Below are positions 1-11,732 of a stretch of 64,000 nt of DNA, piece by piece. A program made the translations under genes and the position numbers. The first letter of the stretch is position 1, and each line of letters starts with the position of its first letter. Below the pieces are notes generated by a model. That model was given only the letters and a program-made list of their open reading frames with translations, did not search any database and was not told where the DNA came from. The DNA comes from Hydrolagus affinis (Eukaryota). Where the stretch lies: positions 1 to 64,000 of the forward strand of contig JAAILG010000309.1 of assembly GCA_012026655.1 (NCBI GenBank), written 5' to 3'.

Positions 1-330
1 CTCCCTCTCCCCTCCCTCTCCCTCTCCCTCTCCCCCAATTTCCTACCGATTGTTGTGAATGTCTCTTTCTCTCTCTTTGTGTTTTAAACACACACATACA
101 CACACACACACACATGTTTTCTCTCTGGTGGCTTTTACCAAATGAACTCGATGGTTGCTTTTTTTGCTATATTAGAGCAAGGGACAAAAACTACATTTGC
201 GTCGGTTGGGGTTCAGGCTGAAATGCGTCTGTCTGTGTGAGTGTGTGTCTGTGTGAGTGTGTGTCTGTCTGTCTGAGTGTGTGTCTGTGTGTGTATCTGT
301 CTGGGTGTGTGTGTGTGTGTGTGTCTGAGT
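1..330. repeat. Microsatellite cluster (CT-rich, (CA)n, (GT)n/(GTCT)n)
   Basis: Simple repeats visible at about 1-35, 89-113 and 230-330. Confidence 0.9.
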
Positions 331-2136
331 GTTAGGGAAATGGAGGCTGGGGTGGGGGGATTTACTAGGGTTTTGGTGGAGTTGGTGGTATATGGTTAAG
401 ATGGATTACTGGGTGGTGGGGGGTGGTGGGGATCTTGGTGGGGTTATGTCCTGGTGTGATGTGCTGTGAATTGGATCTGTCGCTGTGTGTGTGTGTGTGT
501 GTGTATGTAGGGCTTTCCTTATTTCCCAGGGGTGGTGGAAACTAATGGCCAAATATTTATGTGTTGTATCTGCGTTTGAAAGCCAGCCTTCCAGTGTGTT
601 GCCCTGTTGTCCCAGTGTTCAGCCCAGGAGAGCACAACCCTTGCAGATCTGCCTCCCTCGAGGAGAGAATAATAACATTAATAATAACAGGCGAGTTGCT
701 GTGTTGTACGGTGGCTTTTTATTGTAAACCCGTCAGAGTCAATGAGGGAGAGAAAAAAAAATCACTTCCTTAAGCAAGATTTGAATGACAGTACAGTGTT
801 TTATACTGGGTCTGCTCTTGTCTGTGTGTGTGTGCCTGTGTGTGTGTGTGTGTAAAAAAAATAGAGCTGATGGTTAAATACAGAAGTACTGAATGTAGAG
901 AGCTGAAGCACTGTATTTTAAGACCACAACAACAAAATTATATTTGTGTAGCGCCTTTCACGTCGAACACACGAACAAGAAACGTACAAAGATCGAAAGG
1001 CCATTATAGGGTTTCCCTGTTTCTTTGCACCCTCCCCCCCCCCCCCACAAAAAAAACTAAAGGCGAAATAATATTCTTTTGGAGTGGCCTTTGGCGATGA
1101 CTGGCCATGAATCCATTTGTGGTTCCATTCATGTGTGCTGATGTGCGGATGGAGGTTCTATTATAAAACTCCTGAGGCATTCATGATGTGTGACATTTTG
1201 CAATATTTCCCGGGTTGGGTCAGTGCTTTGCTGGGAACTGAGTGGTGTGGATTATCGAGTCATGTTCACGTGTCATGTACCACCAGGACTATTTTTCCAA
1301 ATCGCCCGCAGCCCCCTTTTGACAGTGAGATCGAAAGGGAGCATTTTCCCTGTTTTTTTTTTGTTTGTTTTTGGCTTCCTTGTTTCGCTTTCAGCGGAAT
1401 TGCCTCTTGAGTTTATGCCACACTGTAGAGGCATAATTTCCCAATAGTGGATTGAATCATTCTTGTTACAGGACAAACCCACCCGCAAAATTATAAAAAT
1501 GAATGAATGCCTCATGTTTGGCCCACAAACTACCCAGTCAATTCACTTTGGAGTATATTCTTTGAGATGCCTGAAGTATGCGATAAGGCACTACTGTATA
1601 TCAAACGCAGAAATTATTACTACTGTATTATGCCTCACTCAACGATTCCATTACGTTGAATGACTCGCACATCATGTGAATACTTATGATGTTAACTTTT
1701 TGTGTAACTTGTGTAAGTGGCAGTCACCAAAGTTTCCTCATTTACGACAGTGAATGTGCAATATTACATATTTGTTTAGCGTGCGATTCAGTTGTCAAGT
1801 GACTCAGGCTCCACTATCATCTCTTCATCTCCGTTTGTTGCTTCAGCCCTGCAGTATGTGTGAGCAGTAATGTTGGTGTTGTGGGTGGGGTGAATTACTG
1901 TTTTTGTCTCTTTTATCCGCTGATCTGAAAAGCCTTGTGCGTCCAAAGAATGTTGCCAATTTAGATTCCTTTTATTTGTTTTTAAAATGCACTATTTACA
2001 TCAGTTTATTTGGCAAAATAATTATTTGTTTGTAGGCTGGTTGATGGAACTGATCCCCTTTTTGCCCTTATGTATAGAATCACACAGTTTGCCCCCACAC
2101 GCACAGACCATTTGGCCCTCCTTTGCGGAATGCACC

Positions 2137-2434
2137 GTGGAGTCCTGTAGCTCAGTGGTTAGAGCACTCGCCTTACAAGCGAGAGACTTGGGTTGGATTC
2201 CAGGCAGGGCGAACCTTGGGCAAGTTTCCTCACTCCACACATCTGATAATAATCCGTCAAGGAAAAAAAGAATAAATCGGTCATTTCAATCCACGACTGT
2301 TTGTGTGGGACGCTGCTGTGCGCAATTGGCTGCCGCATTTCTCCCAAAAATATAGTCAATTCATTTTACAGTATATTCTGTGAAGTGCTTTGAGACGTTT
2401 AGAAGACGTGAAAAGCGCTATATCATTATTATTA
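2137..2434 (+). mobile_element. tRNA-Deu-L2 SINE, full-length copy of the dominant young family
   Basis: tRNA-like head with A box (TAGCTCAGTGG) and B-box-like GGTTGGATTCC; Deu core TGTTTGTGTGGGACGCTGCTGTGCGCAATTGGCTGCCGC; L2-type tail GTGAAGTGCTTTGAGACG...GTGAAAAGCGCTATATC; (ATT)n end. About 20 related copies in the window. Confidence 0.9.
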
Positions 2435-3167
2435 CTCTCCGCCCCACAATCGTAAAGCAACGATTATAATTAATAGTACAGTATCACATTTTTTCTATTG
2501 TCCTGTCTCTTTATTTCTCCCTTCCCCCCAAAAAATCTACTTCCCTCTGACTTTCCGTGAATTGGTCTTCTGCTTTCTTCATGCTGAATTAGTTTACAAT
2601 CGGTGTCTTGTCTTCCGACTGCATTTTTTAAAAAGAAAATCATGATCAGAAAAGTTTTGTACAGATGAAATAGCACTTTAATCATTATAGCTTCGGACAA
2701 GTTTTCAGTTTCTAGATCCTCGACATGCTCAAGTACAAATGACTTATACAGGATATATTCCTTCCTATCTCGTGATGCTAACAGCAACCTCATGTGCTGC
2801 AAATCTATCATCTGAGGGTTGATAGCACGACAGGAGTCTACAGTAACATTTTTGATGATGTAGTAAACATATTTTTACAACTTAATCGAAAAATTTCACA
2901 CCATCGAAAAGGATAATTTTGAAGGATAATAACAAACAGTATTAATTAGCAGTGTCTGTCTTCCCGTCCTCCCTTAACCCCTCTCCCTGCAAAGGTGCGA
3001 GTTTCACAGTATTATTGTTTGAATTATTGGGCCTTTGCACTTCAGATTCTCAGCAAAATAAAATTGTTTCAGTGGTCATACATGAGGCTTTCACTGTTAG
3101 AAATGCAATGAGCCTCAGAAAGAGTTACTTGGACTTTTACTTAGAGTTCACTTATGCAAATCGTGCT

Positions 3168-3510
3168 TCAACAACAACAACTTTGATTTATATAGCGCCC
3201 TCCACGCCGGACGGCGTCTCGGAGCACTTCACAATAGCGGATCCCGGGACCGAGCCAGGGGCAGGGGGTAGAAAGGTGACCAAAGGCGCGGTCGAAGAGA
3301 AAGGTCTTTATCTGTGACCGGAAACTGGGAAGAGAGGGGGGCGAGGCGAAGGGAGTGAGGAAGGGAGTTCCAGAGCCTTGGAGCGTAGTGGCTGAAGCGA
3401 ATTGACTGTATTCCGTGGGCAAAATCCGGCAACCAATTGCGCACAGCAGTGTCCCACAAACAGTCGTGGATTGAAGTGACCAATTTTTTAAAAAGGAATT
3501 ATTATCTCCC
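3168..3510 (-). mobile_element. Chimeric Deu-SINE core fused to an L2 LINE 3' end
   Basis: On the minus strand the Deu core is followed directly by an L2 ORF2 C-terminus (FSHYAPRLWNSLPHSLRLA), a 3'UTR and a (GTT)n tail. Confidence 0.8.
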
Positions 3511-4210
3511 AGAAAATCCTGCAGACTACAATGCATAATTTAACAGTGTCAATTGTTCCAATTTAACGTTGCAGATTTTAGGTGAACATTATTGCTTCAC
3601 ACTTTTTGACATTAAATTGTATTTCAATTTTACTCTGTTACTGGAATAAGCATGTCATCACTATAGACTAAACACTTAGTTTGGGATTCCATATTGGACT
3701 GGTGGATTTCATCTATTGAAATAATTGCTTACATATGAATTGATTTGAGTGGTTTCCCAAATGGAGAATACTGTACACAGTAATATCAGATGATTTGAGA
3801 TACAATAGTCACCTCAGTAAATTTTAGGACTGATTTGCACAGCACAGTTAAATCACAGGTTTTGCATTTTAGTGACAGCAAAGTCACATTGGCTTGAGTT
3901 CAAACTCTGGGATAACTAGATTGAAAGAATCACGTTGGCTTAAGGGAAGTGATCAGACTATCCTTGAGTGGTAATACTTTATGGCTTTGGTAATGCACTG
4001 GCTAATTCAAGTTGATATGATGTGATCGTTTTAAATTTCCACTGGACTGTCTTTACATTTTTAATGCAAGTAAAGCGTCAACCACCTGCTTGGCATTCGG
4101 ATGTAAATAGAGTTGTGTGCATGTTTCATTCGAGCCTCCTGTGAACCCAGCAGCGTACGTAAGGCTTATTTGCCACAAAGAGAACTGTGACATCCTCCCG
4201 ACGTGACCCC

Positions 4211-4368
4211 CCTCTTCGACGGTCCCATCGGTCACCCCAAATCCCTCCCTTTCCCCTCCACCCGCCCCGTTCCCGACCCCAGCTTGGGTCTGAAACAATT
4301 ACTGTCCAGCGCCTTGGGATGTCCTCCTGACGTGAAAGGCGCTATACAAGTGTAATTTTATTGTTGTT
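4211..4368 (+). mobile_element. L2 LINE 3' end fragment
   Basis: CAGCGCCTTGGGATGTCCTCCTGACGTGAAAGGCGCTATACAAGTG tail with GTT repeats, shared with the longer L2 fragments at 20370 and 59055. Confidence 0.8.
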
Positions 4369-5314
4369 ATTAATGCAACCATTACATATATAAACCTCAT
4401 TGATATTCACCTATTTTTCTTCATCTAACTTTCATTCTTCTCTCTCTTTCCAACACCCCCCCACCCCCCCAATTTTTTTAAAAAAATCACTTAAGGGACT
4501 ATGAACATCTTGGTAAAATAACATATATACTGTTTGCACCAGGTCATTGATGTAAATGCATTATATGAATCATTCTGTCACTTATGTGCAACATGTAATT
4601 GCAACGGAAAAAATAAAATGTAATCAGTAATAATTTTATCCTTGCACTTCATAAGTACTTTTGAAGTTAAAAGGGCGTTGAAAAAGCACACACACACTTA
4701 ATTGAAGTTAATTGCGTAGTTGAAGTTACTGTAGTTAATCAGAAAACAAAATACAGTACCCTTCAATCTGTCGTTTATCAAATTGAGAGAAGCAGTGAAA
4801 CAATGTCAGTTTGTTTTTCCAGGTGGAATAAGAAACCCGGAAGGGAATGTTTCATTGTGTTTGCCTCTGCTTCTTGTTATTTGCTCGAGCCCTTCTGTAA
4901 ACGCTTTCATCCTGCGCAGATCTGTGATTCCTTGGTCCTTTCAAGTTGTTGAAATATTGAAAACACATGGAGAATATTTATGAGAACCTGCAAACTCGGG
5001 TTCGCTTTTGAGCGCTTGCCATTTGGACCTGTTCCTCTTTCTTACATCCTTCTGTTTTCCTGGCAAACCTAACTGGTCAGTATTCAACCCTGGCTTTCAA
5101 TCAATAATTGCGTATTAATCCTTTCTCGATTTGCAATAAAATAACCATTACTTGCATTGGACTATATCTGGAGAAAAATATAATAAGTAACTACAATTAT
5201 CGCTTTCATCCACACCTGTTTTTCCCCCCTGATGATCAGTATTACTACAATTACAGTGGCTCCCTGATGACCCTGGGTGAGATGATGATTTTATAGACTA
5301 GCAAACTCAGGTTA

Positions 5315-5600
5315 GGTTAGCTCAGTAGTTAGAGCACTCGTCTTGCAAGCAAGAAACCTGGGTTCAATTCCAGGCAGGACGAAACCTTGGGGCAAGTTTC
5401 CTTATTCCACATGCCTGATAATAATCCCTTAGGAAAAAAAAATTGGTCTTTTCAATCCACGACTGTTTGTGGGACACTGCTGTGCGCAATTGGCTGCCGC
5501 TTTTCACCCACAAATATGCAGTCAATTCACTTTACAGGCGCGTTGAGACGTCTAGAAGACGTGAAAAGCGCTATATCAATATTTGAGGATTATTATTATA
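5315..5600 (+). mobile_element. tRNA-Deu-L2 SINE
   Basis: Same head, core and tail as the 2137-2434 copy. Confidence 0.88.
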
Positions 5601-7254
5601 GTCTGCGCTCAGACTTCTCGTCTCGGCTAAAAGGAATTGAAATTGATCAGCCAGGGTTTATGTTCTTATTTGCTTCCCAGGAAATCCTTCTCGAAGGTAC
5701 GATACAGTATAGGTAAAGGGTCCATGGAGCAGTTTAGAATTGAGCTGCAACAACAAAATTACACTTGTAAAGCACCTTCCAGTTATGATTTGATTTGCTA
5801 CTTATAACAATAGTAATCCTGCCATCAAGTGAATGCCAGGTGTAGGTGGGATGCATGGAAATGGTTTGGATACTACAGTGTATTAAGCACGGTGATGGGC
5901 ATCTATCAGACACCCAGCTGACCACCAAAAAAAGAGGAGAATTGCTGTGAACTGCACCCAACTACTTTTAAGGGAATAGGGGACAAATTTGCAGCATTGA
6001 CACAAAGATAAGATTTGCATGAGAACGAAAATACATGAGCATATGAGAGGGGGGGGAAAAAAAGGTGGGGCGAGGCTCACAAATGTGCTGAGGAATGAAT
6101 ATCTTTATTCACAATTCAGTGTGACAGACAACGCCTTTGAATTTGAGAGCCTTGGGAGACCTTTAGCAATACTTGCCTTCACGCTCGGGTACTGAAAGGT
6201 TAAACAGTGATCGCCATCCCAAATTAAATATTCATGAAAGTGTCTTTGCTCACCTCGAGTGTTTTGTAGCGCCAATATGATACAGGTTTGTTATGTCCAG
6301 GTCACAGGGTGCTCAGGTCTCTTCACTGACACTTAATCTGGCCACTTGTCATTAACCTCTACCTATAGTGTCCCGACGTGAAAGGCGCTCCATCAATGTA
6401 ATTTTGCTGCTGTTGTTGTTGTAGTGTGTGTAAAACTGATTAGAATTAGCCACAGTGAAAGTGTAGTTAATCATTATTTTACTCAGCTCACGCTGTGTCA
6501 ACGCTAACCTGTTAATTGTTCAGCTATTTGATTCCTCTGTTGAAAACACTGGGATTGTTGGCTGTAACAACTCAATGTTCTCTGTGAGGACTTAACTTTT
6601 GTAGCCCTAAGTGCAGTGAGTGAAAGGTTGAGCCCGAGACCGGACCTGTTCACCTTGTGTGTTGAGTCTTCACTTTAGTCAGTTTGGGAATCCACTGAAA
6701 TTGCGAAGCGTTTATTTATACTTGCGTCTGAATAATCCTTCAGTATTATGGAGTTTGTCCAGCGCTAAAGGTAACAGCACATCTGTCCTATTAATGTAAC
6801 AACCACATTTTGTAATCTACTGGGTAAATGTTGGAAATCTAACCCAAAGTACAAGAGACTATTGATATGACTGGAATGAATCTCTCCTTTTAAATTCACT
6901 TAAGATACTAGATAGCTTTTAGGCAAACTATTACACAAGGCATTATGTATATATTGGAACATTGCCTCAAATTGACAAGTTGTGACTGGATTTTTAAAAA
7001 TGAAAACCACACAATAGATTGCTTTTATAATACTGCTTGCATTTAATATAGCACTGTTTTACAATTGGAGCATATCTCAAAGTGCTTCACATGATTACTG
7101 CATTACTATTATTTAATTTGGCAGGTCAACTATAAACAAAATAGTGTATAAAATTCCCTTGACCATACAATGGAGACTTTTATGTTAATGTAATAGACTG
7201 GATCCAGACACATGACTTGTAGGATTTGTGGGTATGAATGCGTGATATAAAAGC

Positions 7255-7572
7255 ATAGTAATAATAATAATATGTGCATTTAATATAGCGTCTTATCACG
7301 TCTTCTAGATATCTTAAAAGTGCTTCACAGAATATACTGTAAATGAATTGACTGTATATTTGTGGGTGAAACGCGGCAGCCAATTGCACACAGCAGTGTC
7401 CCACAAACAGTTGTGGATTGACATGGCCCAAATTATTAATATTTTTTGTGGGATTATTATGATTAGGCGAGTGGAGTAAGGAAACTTGCCCAAGGTTGCG
7501 CCCTGCCTGGAAATGAACCCAGGTCTCTCGCTTGTACGGCAAGTGCTCTAACCAGTGAGCTACAGGACTTCA
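7255..7572 (-). mobile_element. tRNA-Deu-L2 SINE
   Basis: Reverse complement of the family consensus, including the tRNA head. Confidence 0.88.
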
Positions 7573-8017
7573 TGGTATTGGAGTAAGTCTTCTTCACGGT
7601 ATCATGGTAGTGATATTAATGCTATAGGTGAAAACCCCAAATAATTTTCAATCTCAATCACCCTTGTCTAGTAGAGAAAATAAGAGGTAAATTTTTGGTG
7701 GCTGCTTTTGCTGCTATTTTTCAGCTTGGTTTGTGGCTTTTGCTGCATGTGTTGTGCCTAAATGGCACTGCTCATTGATGTGATAACTTAATGGAGTTCC
7801 TTAAATGGTCATTTCACTGCTGCACTAATAATGAGTGCAGTTGATTGGGTTTATCGTAGTGTTTGTTGATTTAATTGACGTTGCAAATGTATTGATTGTC
7901 GTTTGAAGATTAAATTTGCTTTTGAATGGCGCCAACAATCCTGCATTCATATTAATTCCGGAGCCTCTCAGCATTTGTAGTCCCAAGAGCTTAGCATAAA
8001 ATCTTTTTTGTAAAGTA

Positions 8018-8190
8018 AAAACAGAAGTCACGAGGAACACTCAGCGGGTCAGGCAGCATCTATAGAGAGAGGAAAGTGAGTTAACATTTCATATGGAGCA
8101 TTAACCCACGTTCCCCCCTCCGTAGATGATGGCTGACCCTTTGAGTGTTCCCAGCCATTCTGTTGTCGTTTTCAGATTTCCATCATCTGC
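8018..8190. repeat. Imperfect fold-back repeat, probably derived from a Penelope-like or MER6-like shark repeat
   Basis: GAACACTCAGCGGGTCAGGCAGCATCTA...GTTAAC pairs with TTAAC...TAGATGATGGCTGACCCTTTGAGTGTTC. It resembles, from memory, a common cartilaginous-fish palindromic repeat. Confidence 0.55.
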
Positions 8191-9534
8191 CATAAAATAT
8201 TTTGCCATATTGTGTTGTTTTTAAAGTTACCTGCCTGAAAGGATGTCCTTTCTTTGCCTCCTTGGATAAACATAGCATGCCATTCACACCCGATTAGAGC
8301 AGCCCAATCTTTCTTTTAAGTCGAGCCAATTTAAAGGTTACGAATTCATTACCATTGACTTATTATTTCAGTAAATAATGACAGTGTGCCATTTTATATT
8401 GGTATTTAGCTGTAAAAGGAATCAATTGGCATTTTCACCACTAAGCAACTGGGCTTCTGAACCCGGTAGAGCCATTGTTTACCTCAACAACAACAAACCT
8501 TGCATTCGGTATAGCGTCTTATTACGTCTTCGAGACATCTCAAAGTGCTTCACAGAGTATACAGTACTGTAAAGTGAATTGACCACACAAACTGGGAAGC
8601 TCTTGTGTTCCATCTGTGCTAAATGAACTGAAGTCAGCAAATTCATCAGTGCAAAGCTGTAGCACAATTAGCTTCAACACTCTGGCCTTAAGTGGGGTTG
8701 ATGGATTTCAGGTAAGAACAGAATTTTAGCTGTGTACTCTGCTATGTGCCACTGACATTCTCTATTGAGGCTCATACATGAAGAAGACTTACTTTGACAA
8801 GTCATTGAGTTGATTAGCACTCAAGGAACTAATATTGCAGCAATGTCCCGCAGTAAGGAATTCTTTTTCATTTATGGACCTGAATGGGGAGTGTTTGCAG
8901 CCCAAGGCAGTGTAGGCAGCAAACACACAGTTGAGGAAAAAACCTGTCCTTGACAGAAATTCTTAAAACTGTTCCTTCCTCTTCCTATTCCACCTACTCT
9001 CATACCTATCCTAGTAAGGCGGAGGCAAATTGAAGTACAGCTACCGAATCTGGTGACTGTGCGTAATTAGCATAGAGCATGGATTAGCATTGAGTTCTTT
9101 GTTTGCAGGAGAGCATATTAAAAGAGGGTGGAAAAAGAAATGCAAACTAACTTGTTACAATTTGTATAAGTTAGAAGCTTTAAAAATAAGCTGGGAAAAC
9201 TCCTAAATTGTCAACAGATCCCTTGTCTTTTGCACCTCCCTTTTGCTATCTTGTGATATTTCTTTTCAGACAATAAATAAATCAAGGGCGCTGTTTGTTA
9301 ATCAACACTGTCTTGAGTCATGTTAACATGGTTTCTAGGTACTGTGTGTGTACCTGTCACAGGTACACACAGTGTTGCTAGGAGCAAGAGAACAATTTAA
9401 ACGTGTGATAGGTAAGCGCTGCTCTGCCTGCAGGGCACTATATCAATGCAAGTTGCAGATGTTGAATTGAAAACCTCAACAGTCAAATTACATTTGTATA
9501 ATGCTGTGCACATCGGCAGGCCATCCCAACTGCC

Positions 9535-9802
9535 CGACTGGCTCCAGGCTCCTGAATGTCCTTCGTGACCTCTGTTCCAACATTGGTGGCCACGCTTTCA
9601 GCAACTACGCCCTAAAACTCTGGAACGCTCTTCCGCTATTGCTCTGCCTTTTCCCCATCTTCAGGCTGCACCTGGAGACACTCCCCCCCCCACCCCCACC
9701 CCCCACCCCCCAAAGCTCGGTTTCGTGTCCGCCACAGTCAAGCGCACTGGGATACTGCCCTCCCCGTATATAAATGCGTGATATAAATACAAGTTGTTGT
9801 TG
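9535..9802 (+). mobile_element. L2 LINE 3' fragment
   Basis: IGGHAFSNYALKLWNALP is an L2 ORF2 C-terminal motif; ends in a GTT tail. Confidence 0.75.
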
Positions 9803-10591
9803 AATTTAGACTGTAATGCTTCTGTGAACAGCAATAGGCTGTTTTACAATTCATTTCTCTTTAGATACATTTAATCCTTTTGAGGACATTCGGATTTGTT
9901 TCCAAAATAAAGTTAATCCAAGTTACTGCATCATTTAATGTTTGTTATCTTCATCTCATAAGATTTGTTGCCGGACATCTGTCTTCTTCAAAATGTTCTG
10001 CTCTTTATAAAATTGGAATTTATTCAATAAAACCAATGAATAGTACAGTATTGAGCTGGCTATAAAATTTATAGATTATACTCGCTAATAAAAACAATGT
10101 GTGCTGTGTGTGTGGACTGCTTATCTTGTATAACATTTTAGAATATCTTAATTATTTTTATGTGTATATATGTAGGTGTAGGTTTGATAGGTCTATATCT
10201 GGTTTAAGGAAACTCAAGGTTTCTTGTTAAATTTTGTTGTATACTCTTGTATACTACAGGCTTGTTCTGATTTACATTTTAACTAATTTGTGTCAGTGCT
10301 TTGCTTAGGGGTTTAACAGGATTTGGAGGGATGAGACTTTAATTTTATCAAAGGATAATCCTTGGCTCCCTTTAAGCTTTACGTACCAAGTGGATTTACA
10401 TTAGAATGCAGTTTTCAGTGTAATAGTTCGTAAAAGTTGTTTGAACAAAATTTGGGCTTTGAAACATTTTTGCTATTATTCGGAGACAATATAAGTCTTT
10501 AAAAATTGACATTTTAAATGTTGTAATTTGTAAAGAGGAGTGCACAATAAAAAGTGCATTTAGCATGGTTTGAGTTATGAGCTGTAGATTA

Positions 10592-10956
10592 TGATAATAA
10601 TAATAATACTTGCATTTGATATAGCAATTTTCATGTCTTCTAGGTGTCTCAAAGGACTTTACAGATTGTACTGTAAAGTGAATTGACTATATATTTGTGG
10701 GTGAAATGTGGCAGCCAATTGCACAAAGCAGCGTCCTACAAACTGATGTGGATTCAGTGAGCAAATTATTATTATTATTTTTGAAGGATTATTATCCTCG
10801 GAAAAGCAATCCGCCAATTGTCTAACGTCTGGGTTTTGCTACGTACCGCCACGTAAGCAGGGGCATGTGGAGTAAGGAAACTTGCCCTTCCGGGAATAGA
10901 ACCCGGGTCTCTCGTCTGCGAGGCGAGTGCTCCAATGTCTGAGCTACAGGATTTCA
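10592..10956 (-). mobile_element. tRNA-Deu-L2 SINE, subfamily with an extra ~70 bp internal segment
   Basis: Family head, core and tail plus an insert at about 10795-10865 that is shared with the copies at 22395 and 43618. Confidence 0.85.
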
Positions 10957-11039
10957 CAATGTCTGCTGATCTTAAAAATTGGTTATCAGTGCTGCTTTAA
11001 ATTTGATCTTGTGTAACATTCTAGTAAGTTTTTTGTGTT

Positions 11040-11100
11040 TATGTGTTATATATATATATGTATATATTATATATATATATGTATATATTATATATATATA
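11040..11100. repeat. (TA)n microsatellite
   Basis: Directly visible. Confidence 0.9.
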
Positions 11101-11109
11101 CAATCGATC

Positions 11110-11732
11110 AATAATTACATTTATATAGCACCTTTCACGTCGGGAGGACGTCCCAAGGGCGCACTGACTTCTGTCACAAAACTGACTTCATTGTTGCACG
11201 AGACGTCTCAAAGACACGATAAGGCACTACATCAAATGAAAGGATTATTATTATAGTGCCTTTGACATCAGGAGGACATCTTGATATGATGACCACAAGC
11301 GTGGTCGATAGGTAAGTCTTGAGATAGGCTTTGGTCGTAGAGGGACTCTAGAGGATGGGGTTGCATTGAGTGGGGGGCAGAATTCCTGAAAGCTCGCCTG
11401 TTAATTAGTGGTGTAGAAAATAACGGGGGACATAAATCAGCCCAGTTTTCACTGAGAGTAGAGAGCGGCCTGGTCTGTAAAGATAATAATAATCCTTGCA
11501 TTTGATGTTGGAGAAGCAGGGATTTCAGTGCGAGGATGAGGATTTTGAATTTGATTCTGGGCGCATGGGGAGAAGCGATTTGGGGAACCCGGTGTGGGAG
11601 AGGGCTACAGAATTTGCCCAAAAATATACATTCGATTCACTTTACAGTATATGCTGTGAAACGCTTAGAGATGCCTAGAAGACGTGAAAAGCGCTATATC
11701 AAATGCAAGGATTACTATTATTTATTATTATA
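11110..11732. mobile_element. Cluster of L2 fragments (minus strand) and SINE tails
   Basis: Minus-strand RIKFKILIL and RRAFRNSAP motifs typical of L2 ORF2, interleaved with SINE tail sequence. Confidence 0.65.

Noticed and set aside
345-445. G-run cluster with G-quadruplex potential
   Set aside because: Lies within low-complexity GT-rich microsatellite sequence with no independent support for function.
2137-2212. Cloverleaf-forming tRNA-like sequences (anticodon TAC, TGC or CGC in different copies)
   Set aside because: Each is the 5' head of a SINE, continuing into the Deu core and L2 tail. Stems are mutated and anticodons vary, so they are not tRNA genes.
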